Origin: a virus
Length of the DNA: 64,000 bases
IMG/VR virus record: IMGVR_UViG_3300008262_000047
Reading direction: 5' to 3' (one strand)
The notes beneath the pieces were generated by a model. It searched no databases and was not told the origin of the DNA. It saw only the letters and a program-made list of their open reading frames with translations. Positions 57,751 through 64,000 of this stretch are shown here, piece by piece (positions within the stretch are counted from its first letter, which is position 1; the number at the start of each line of letters is the position of its first letter). Both the position numbers and the translations under genes were made by a program.

Positions 57751-58335
57751 ATGCAAACATTAGAACGTGAAAATCTTGGGGAGAACTTCGATTTATCCAA
57801 ATTGGAACTTCTTGTTCGATTGGGATTGATGCCGTTACAAACACTCCCCATTTTACGTAGAGCATTATATAGAATTCAAAGTGGTACAATGTTAACTCCT
57901 GATGACCGTATGGTTATTGCAACACTTCTAAATAAGTTAATGAGTATGTCTTTTGATGATTCTGCAATATTTCAACGAATGCGTACCATAGTCACCCAAA
58001 CACGGAACCCTGCCATGGAATCAATAGTTACTGAAAAAAGTGATGAAACGTTAAAGCGTATGCCAGAAGGAATGTTATCCACCTTGGCTACCAATGTAAA
58101 GAGTAAAGAACGCGCAGGGGGTAAACTCTCTCCTGAAGATAAGCGCGTGGCAAGTCGTGCCAAAGCTGAACTTCGCCGCCGTCGTGATAATGCAAAAGGT
58201 ATGAGAGAAAGCTACGAAAATGCATTTCTTTCAACCATGAAGGAATACGGCATCACGAATATTGCAGATTTGCCAAAAGAAAATGTAAAAGAATTTTTCA
58301 ATAAAGTCGAACACCTCTATAATTCAGGAGAATAA
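57751..58335 (+). CDS. hypothetical late protein
   Basis: L..LVRLGL motif; FF..V C-terminal motif. Confidence 0.65.
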   Translation: MQTLERENLGENFDLSKLELLVRLGLMPLQTLPILRRALYRIQSGTMLTPDDRMVIATLLNKLMSMSFDDSAIFQRMRTIVTQTRNPAMESIVTEKSDETLKRMPEGMLSTLATNVKSKERAGGKLSPEDKRVASRAKAELRRRRDNAKGMRESYENAFLSTMKEYGITNIADLPKENVKEFFNKVEHLYNSGE

Positions 58336-58338
58336 CAT

Positions 58339-59865
58339 ATGTCAGGCTGGGGTAAAGCAGACGATAAAACATCGTCAGGTACAATAACATTAACAGCACC
58401 TACCATCACATTCAACGGCGCTACTGCTCATGCCGCTGGTGTCATCACATCAAATAGTCATCCGTTTCAAACAGGCGATGCCGTAGTATATTCAAACGGT
58501 GGCGGCACATCAATTGTAGGACTCACATCAGGTTCAACATATTATGTTGTGAATCTTTCAACAAACACACTAGGATTAGCTGCAACTGAAGCAAACGCAT
58601 TGCTCGGCAGCATTCTTGCCACAACTGACGGTGTTGGTGCATCACACACATTGACACATAGCTTAGATTATGGTCGTGGTGTGATTACAGGTTCTTCAAC
58701 AGGATTCACAACTGAAGCAGCACCAGGCGACTTCATTCGTGTAGGAGACCAAGAAATGATTATCATTTCTATTGCTTCTGATACATCATGCCAAGTCATC
58801 AATGCCAATCCACAAGTGGTGTTGTCAGCATTCAGCGGCGAAGGATACACTTTAAGTGAAAAGCCAACATCATTACCAAGTGATCCAAGCATCTTATCAA
58901 CCGAAGTGTTCGGTGTTAATGCCACTGAAATTGGTGCAGGCGGCGACAATGTAGTTTCTGTTGCTGTAGTAAATGGTGGCACATTATATGTGGAAGCTCC
59001 TGCCGTATCATTCACAGGCGGTGGCGGTTCATCAGCAGCAGCTACAGCGACTATCTCAGGCGGTGCAGTAACCTCTATTGCAGTCACAAACACAGGTTCA
59101 TCATACGAAACAGTTCCTACTGTAGTTATTCCTAAGGCTCGGGTAACCATCCCAACTTTAGGTGTAACAACATCAACTGACACCATCGCCTATACAAGTC
59201 ACGGTCTTACAGCAGGAAGTGTTGTTGTATACAACAACGGTGGTGGTACTTCTGCAACAGGTCTTACTTCTGGTACAACATACTATGTTGCCACTGCTGG
59301 TTTAACAGCCAATGCCTTCAAGGTGAAGGCAGCAACCACAACAGGCACTTTGGCAGCAACTGTTGCTGTTTCAGGAACAGGTGGTCAATTCACTTGCGGT
59401 AACTCAACACTTGCTTCAGGCGACCGTGTCACCATCACTGGTACACTAGGTGGTACTGCAACCATCACAGGTTACGCCACAGGAACTGTATACACGGTGT
59501 CAGCCGTTACTGGTTCATCACCTAACGTAACAGGCTTCACACTAACAACTGAAGCTGGTGCAGCTCTTACAACAACTGCTGGTACATTGACAGGTCTAAC
59601 ATACACAGTAGAAACTGTTGTTGACATCTCAGGTACTGGTAACAATGCACAATACTTTGAAAAGGTGGCTTCAACAGCTGCAACTGCAACAGCAGCCAAG
59701 GGTACAGGTGAAACAGGAACTTCAGCAGCACACACTGGTTGGGTAAAGAGAAAGGTGGGCGTGGGTCAACATGCAGGACGTATTCAATATGAAGTGCTTG
59801 TGGCATTGTCAAAGAATGGTATCACAAGTGATGCTGCTGATGACATCCAATTCCCAGACGCATAA
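58339..59865 (+). CDS. virion structural/decoration protein with internal beta repeats
   Basis: MS.WG..D N-terminus and H.GWV.R...GR.QYE.LVA C-terminus; repeated H....G..VVY.NGGGTS..GLTSG.TYYV module. Confidence 0.7.
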   Translation: MSGWGKADDKTSSGTITLTAPTITFNGATAHAAGVITSNSHPFQTGDAVVYSNGGGTSIVGLTSGSTYYVVNLSTNTLGLAATEANALLGSILATTDGVGASHTLTHSLDYGRGVITGSSTGFTTEAAPGDFIRVGDQEMIIISIASDTSCQVINANPQVVLSAFSGEGYTLSEKPTSLPSDPSILSTEVFGVNATEIGAGGDNVVSVAVVNGGTLYVEAPAVSFTGGGGSSAAATATISGGAVTSIAVTNTGSSYETVPTVVIPKARVTIPTLGVTTSTDTIAYTSHGLTAGSVVVYNNGGGTSATGLTSGTTYYVATAGLTANAFKVKAATTTGTLAATVAVSGTGGQFTCGNSTLASGDRVTITGTLGGTATITGYATGTVYTVSAVTGSSPNVTGFTLTTEAGAALTTTAGTLTGLTYTVETVVDISGTGNNAQYFEKVASTAATATAAKGTGETGTSAAHTGWVKRKVGVGQHAGRIQYEVLVALSKNGITSDAADDIQFPDA

Positions 59866-59877
59866 TCAGACTAACTC

Positions 59878-60324
59878 ATGGCAGATAGCAAAGTAACAGA
59901 TTTTAGTGCAGCTACGTCCGTCAATTCGGCGGACGTACTGTACCTTATTCAAGGAACTGCTGACAAGAAAATTTCAATTTCAACATTATTGGCTAATTTG
60001 CCCAATAGTTTAACGAAATTTTCTGGACTGATTGCTTTGGCCTTCAATGGTGCTCAAACACTTGCAGGATCAGGAACCATTCAAACAACACAAACGTTAA
60101 CACTTATAAGTAATACTGGAACAACCAGTTCGCTGGGTATCAGTGATGGGCTGTATGAAGGACAAATTAAAGTCATCATGTGTACATCAGCATCGGCAAA
60201 TTCTACTATTACAAGTAACATCAAGGCAACAAGTATCACGTTTAATTCAGCGGGAGATACAGCACTTCTTGTTTGGTACGGTAGTGATTGGTGGGTGTTG
60301 GGCGGCACAGCAACAGTGGTATAA
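59878..60324 (+). CDS. virion structural protein
   Basis: MADSKV..F..A; F...GD...L.W.G..W.V.G motif. Confidence 0.6.
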   Translation: MADSKVTDFSAATSVNSADVLYLIQGTADKKISISTLLANLPNSLTKFSGLIALAFNGAQTLAGSGTIQTTQTLTLISNTGTTSSLGISDGLYEGQIKVIMCTSASANSTITSNIKATSITFNSAGDTALLVWYGSDWWVLGGTATVV

Positions 60325-60338
60325 ATGTAAATATTATT

Positions 60339-60710
60339 ATGTTAAATGATGAAAATTTTCTATTGTATGCAATAAAACATTATAACAATCCTAGTTGTTC
60401 TGGGATGAAAGAATTTCAAGATGATGTGAAACGGTTTAAGTATATTAAACGTTTGCTACGTAAATATAACAAAACCGGAGAAATCTCAGAAAAGTTAATT
60501 CTGAATCACATCATCTTGTTGTACAATGTGTTTGGAAATTTTGTAGTGCCGTCGCTGTTCTTTAAAATTGAACATGTACATTGGCCTCAAGTTAAAACAT
60601 TTTTAGTATACTTGAACTACTTGCCGGACAATTATCATATCAATAAACAAATAAACGAAGCTGAAGTACCGCTAGACAATTTTCTTATAAATAAATTACG
60701 AAAGATATGA
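60339..60710 (+). CDS. conserved T4-like hypothetical protein
   Basis: NF.LYA.K.Y.NP.C, F..D.KRFKY.KRL, LILNH.I.LYNVFG. Confidence 0.8.
   Translation: MLNDENFLLYAIKHYNNPSCSGMKEFQDDVKRFKYIKRLLRKYNKTGEISEKLILNHIILLYNVFGNFVVPSLFFKIEHVHWPQVKTFLVYLNYLPDNYHINKQINEAEVPLDNFLINKLRKI
60686..60693 (+). promoter_or_regulatory. T4-type late promoter TATAAATA
   Basis: Exact consensus 14 nt before a small ORF. Confidence 0.65.
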
Positions 60711-60859
60711 AATCATTTAAATTGTTTATCGAAGAATTGACGGGAGTAGCTGTCAATAATATTGCACATTCTGGGCAAACACAAATTGCCAAGTATGATC
60801 CGTTGTTAAAGTTAAAAATGTTTCGTCGTAAACCTAAAAAGACATCAAACAAAAAATAA
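60707..60859 (+). CDS. small basic internal-protein-like ORF (50 aa)
   Basis: MKSFKLFIEE...FRRKPKKTSNKK*; ATGA overlap with the upstream gene. Confidence 0.6.
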   Translation: MKSFKLFIEELTGVAVNNIAHSGQTQIAKYDPLLKLKMFRRKPKKTSNKK

Positions 60860-60871
60860 AGGAGAAATATT

Positions 60872-61177
60872 ATGTTTTGGATTATTTTGATAAGTGGTCT
60901 TGCACTTGCAACATTCTTTGCGTGGAAAAATACAAAGTCCGCTCCTGTGTCTGGATTGAAGTTGAAGATTAAGGATGGCGCTGATAAAGCCATCTCAACT
61001 GCCAAAGACATTGCCGATGTTAACAATGACGGCAAAGTTGATTTTGCCGATGCTGTTGCCGCCGTTAAAAATGTAGAAGCTGAAACAAAGCGTGTTGTGA
61101 AAAGTGCCAAGGCACAAGCAGGCAAGGCAAAGAAGAAGTATGGTGGTAAGGTGAAGAAGCAAAAGCCTGAAGCCTAA
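60872..61177 (+). CDS. membrane-anchored protein with EF-hand/dockerin-like loop
   Basis: N-terminal TM; DVNNDGKVDFAD; SD aaggag. Confidence 0.65.
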   Translation: MFWIILISGLALATFFAWKNTKSAPVSGLKLKIKDGADKAISTAKDIADVNNDGKVDFADAVAAVKNVEAETKRVVKSAKAQAGKAKKKYGGKVKKQKPEA

Positions 61178-61183
61178 TAGGAA

Positions 61184-61672
61184 ATGGATTTAGAAACCAA
61201 GGTTGCTCTTTTGGAAAGCGATGTCAACAGAACGACATCGCTTTTTCAAAAAATGGATACCGCCATTGAGAAGATGGGGGATGTATCCAACAGTATTGCG
61301 CGAATGTTGGCTGTTCATGAAGAACGGTTAAACAAACAGGACGATATAGACGAGGAGCTTTTCACTTTGGTGGAAAAACGCCGGCAGGAAATTCAAGGTG
61401 ATATTAAAGAATTACATTCACGCATCACAACTGTTAGCCGTGAATTGTCTGATGATATCAATGAAACAGAACAACGATTAATGACTGCCATGACGTATGG
61501 AATGGCAGACATCAAGAAGTGCATCACCGAAGAAACCAAAACTAACACAGACCTAAGCAAAGATTTGGAAAAACGCATAGGTGAATTGGAACGTTGGAAA
61601 TGGTTGATGATGGGTGGTAGCATCGCCCTAGGTACCTTCGCTCACGAAATTGTCGCCAGAATAATTAAATAA
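61184..61672 (+). CDS. coiled-coil protein with C-terminal TM
   Basis: MLAVHEERL, LE.WKW...G motifs. Confidence 0.7.
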   Translation: MDLETKVALLESDVNRTTSLFQKMDTAIEKMGDVSNSIARMLAVHEERLNKQDDIDEELFTLVEKRRQEIQGDIKELHSRITTVSRELSDDINETEQRLMTAMTYGMADIKKCITEETKTNTDLSKDLEKRIGELERWKWLMMGGSIALGTFAHEIVARIIK

Positions 61673-61678
61673 CACGTA

Positions 61679-61707
61679 TTGACAACCGAGACATTGTGTT
61701 ATATCTT
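61679..61707 (+). promoter_or_regulatory. sigma70-type promoter for primase
   Basis: TTGACA-17 bp-TATCTT. Confidence 0.6.
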
Positions 61708-61730
61708 TCTGTATAGGAGGATAACGCACA

Positions 61731-62747
61731 ATGTCTTATTTTATTGATACCAAATATTTGAACTTGATTGGACATCGGTTACCGTTGTTCAAGAAAAAGA
61801 AAACTGATTTGTGGAACTGCCGGTGCATTGTGTGTGGTGATTCTCGCACCAATAAAAACAAGGCACGGGGTTATTTTTATCGTCAACGAAATGACTTGTA
61901 CTACAAGTGTCATAATTGTTTGGCAAGCCAACACTTCGGCACATTTCTAAAGAATATAGATAGTATACTCTACCAACAGTACGTGTTTGAACGTTATGCT
62001 ACAGGTGAGAACGGGCCCAAAGCGCATACGAAAGCTGAAGAATTTGTCTATCAATATGAAAAGGTGGAGTTTAAACCTAAACCTTTAATAGAAACAGTCG
62101 CACAAAAATTATCAGAACTACCTGATGATAACGAGGCGGTCCAGTATTGCTTGACGCGCGGCATTCCGCGTAGTAAATTTACCGAGTTGTACTATATCAA
62201 TTCAGTACGAAAAATACAAGTGATAGCGCCTGAATATACAAGTATCAAGACAGAAGAACCTCGCTTACTTCTTCCTTTTTATAATGAAGCAGGTGAACTC
62301 ACAGGTGTAACGATGCGAGCCCTGCGCGGGGAACATCTTCGCTATATAATGATAAAGCTGAAAGATGATGAACCTTTAATTTTCGGGATGAATAATGTTA
62401 ACAAAGAAATTCCCATCACAATTGTTGAAGGGCCTATTGATAGCCTGTTTGTTGACAATTGTGTGGCGGTTGCTGGTACGGGATTCTCAAAAATTGAATC
62501 TTTGGGATTGAACAAAGAACTCATTACAATAGTGTTTGACAATCAACCTAGAAATATTGAGGTATGTCGTCTTGTTGAAAAATATATTAACCTTAATTAT
62601 AAAGTATTCATCTGGCCTTGTGGCATTCCTGAAAAGGATATTAATGACTATGTGGCAGGCCGAGGTGAAATCCAACAACTTATTCGTGAGAACACCTACC
62701 AAGGACTCATGGCCCAACTCAAATTTACAGAATGGAGAAACTGCTAA
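61731..62747 (+). CDS. gp61: DNA primase gp61
   Basis: RC..CGDS..NK.KARG, CHNC, VEGPIDSLF, FDN.PRN, KDIND. Confidence 0.94.
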   Translation: MSYFIDTKYLNLIGHRLPLFKKKKTDLWNCRCIVCGDSRTNKNKARGYFYRQRNDLYYKCHNCLASQHFGTFLKNIDSILYQQYVFERYATGENGPKAHTKAEEFVYQYEKVEFKPKPLIETVAQKLSELPDDNEAVQYCLTRGIPRSKFTELYYINSVRKIQVIAPEYTSIKTEEPRLLLPFYNEAGELTGVTMRALRGEHLRYIMIKLKDDEPLIFGMNNVNKEIPITIVEGPIDSLFVDNCVAVAGTGFSKIESLGLNKELITIVFDNQPRNIEVCRLVEKYINLNYKVFIWPCGIPEKDINDYVAGRGEIQQLIRENTYQGLMAQLKFTEWRNC

Positions 62748-63424
62748 TGAACGTGAGACTCGTATCACACACGATTGCATGTGATGATTTTGATTTTATC
62801 GCCACGCCCACTGAGCTTGTGGCGTTTTGCGCCCGAGTGAGTAATCCCAATAATCAAAATAACACAGAGTCATCAGAAAAACTCATCAACTATCTCATCA
62901 AATATAAGCATTGGAGTCCGTTTGAGATGGTGAACATGACATTGGAAATTGACACAACCCGTGATATTGCACGACAAATTCTTCGGCATCGGAGTTTCAC
63001 ATTTCAAGAATTTTCACAGCGATATGCGTCAGTTGATTCGTTGGATATGGAACCACAGATTCGTGAGGCACGTTTACAAGATTTAAAGAATCGGCAAAAT
63101 TCCATTGAAACACAAGATGAAAATTTGCAAATGTTGTGGGAGGCAAGGCAACGTGCTGTGTGGGAAACAGCCATTGAACAATATCAATGGGCTCTTGATA
63201 ATGGAATTGCAAAAGAAGTTGCACGCGCTGTCCTGCCTGAAGGTCTTACAAAGTCACGTATGTATGTGAATGGCACCTTGAGAAGTTGGATTCACTATAT
63301 AGATATACGTTCTGAGGCGGCAACTCAGAAAGAACACCGTGAGATTGCTGTTGCCTGTGCCAAGGCAATCGCTGAAATCTTCCCAATGATAAATAACTTT
63401 TCACACAATGAGGACGTAAAATGA
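62747..63424 (+). CDS. thyX: FAD-dependent thymidylate synthase
   Basis: HWSPFE, RQILRHRSF.FQEFSQRY, TQKEHR. Confidence 0.95.
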   Translation: MNVRLVSHTIACDDFDFIATPTELVAFCARVSNPNNQNNTESSEKLINYLIKYKHWSPFEMVNMTLEIDTTRDIARQILRHRSFTFQEFSQRYASVDSLDMEPQIREARLQDLKNRQNSIETQDENLQMLWEARQRAVWETAIEQYQWALDNGIAKEVARAVLPEGLTKSRMYVNGTLRSWIHYIDIRSEAATQKEHREIAVACAKAIAEIFPMINNFSHNEDVK

Positions 63425-63810
63425 GAGAGCAAACTGACGTAGGAATTTTCATGGAAGCATGTGGACAAGAAGTATTACGTCAACCTAGTTTTCTAAATGC
63501 AAATCTTCCGCAAGCAGATTTGTATATGGAATTGATCCGGGAAGAATTTGAAGAATTAAAAGAAGGATATGAAAATTCTGACATCACCGAAGTGGCAGAT
63601 GCATGCGGTGATTTAATCTGGGTTATTTTAGGGTTGGCGAATAGTTTAGGAATTCCAATGCATCAAGTGTGGCATGAAATTTCTGCATCCAATATGAGTA
63701 AGACAGTAGAGGGCAAGGTTATCAAGCGCGAAGATGGCAAGATTCTCAAGCCCGATACATATTTTCCACCAAACATTCAACGAGCACTAGGACTAACTAC
63801 AGATGACTAA
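63421..63810 (+). CDS. MazG-like / PRA-PH nucleotide pyrophosphohydrolase
   Basis: LI.EEF.EL, EVADA..D, SNMSK, REDGK.LKP. Confidence 0.82.
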   Translation: MREQTDVGIFMEACGQEVLRQPSFLNANLPQADLYMELIREEFEELKEGYENSDITEVADACGDLIWVILGLANSLGIPMHQVWHEISASNMSKTVEGKVIKREDGKILKPDTYFPPNIQRALGLTTDD

Positions 63811-63811
63811 G

Positions 63812-64000
63812 ATGGAATTACCCGCAAAGATTTTGTCAGACATTACAACTTTCATGAAGTATGCAAAGTTTGACCCAACAAAGAATCGTCGTGAAAACTG
63901 GGTTGAATTGGTTGATAGAAATAAGCAAATGCACTTGGAAAAGTTTCCACAGTTGCAGGCTGAAATTGAAGCTGCCTATAAGTTTGTCTATGACAAGAAG
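63812..64000 (+). CDS. nrdJ: class II (B12-dependent) ribonucleotide reductase, N-terminus (partial)
   Basis: MELPAKILSDITTFMKYAKF.....RRENW.ELVDRNK.MH..KFP.L..EI..AY.FVYDKK. Confidence 0.7.
   Translation, partial: MELPAKILSDITTFMKYAKFDPTKNRRENWVELVDRNKQMHLEKFPQLQAEIEAAYKFVYDKK

Noticed and set aside
1-64000. tRNA or rRNA genes
   Set aside because: No cloverleaf with T-loop GTTCGA and acceptor stem recognised in the intergenic gaps; tRNAscan-SE would confirm

Overview
A 64-kb segment of a large T4-like (Tevenvirinae/cyanophage-like architecture) lytic myovirus genome. It is AT-rich and essentially all genes are on the + strand. Gene order: tail-fibre/adhesin genes; a small glycosyltransferase operon; neck/terminase/tail/head genes (gp13-gp23, gp3); uvsY-uvsW-gp55; a 7-deazaguanine DNA-modification cassette (queE, folE, DEDDh nuclease, dpdA-like transglycosylase, DpdL-like T-fold protein, GT-B glycosyltransferase, queD; no queC in the window); gp47/gp46; def, ClpP-like, VWA + MoxR-like AAA, SpoU; replisome genes (gp45, gp44, gp62, regA, gp43, uvsX, gp41); early genes; a ligase-like/cytidylyltransferase fusion; a GH19 endolysin; internal/structural proteins; primase, thyX, MazG-like, and the start of a class II RNR. 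Both sigma70-type (TTGACA-17-TAnnnT) and T4 late (TATAAATA) promoters are visible. The most notable system is the deazaguanine cassette with an embedded glycosyltransferase at the locus where T4 keeps alpha-gt, which suggests an undescribed glycosylated 7-deazaguanine base. Other points of interest: a quasi-palindromic element fixed upstream of three early promoters (one copy inverted); a roughly 24-bp G-U-containing long-range helix bracketing hsp20; an RBS-occluding hairpin on primase; a candidate antisense sRNA after gp23; and two apparent internal deletions (gp23 and the AAA ATPase) that may be assembly artefacts. All product calls rest on motif and synteny recognition from memory; no database search was run.
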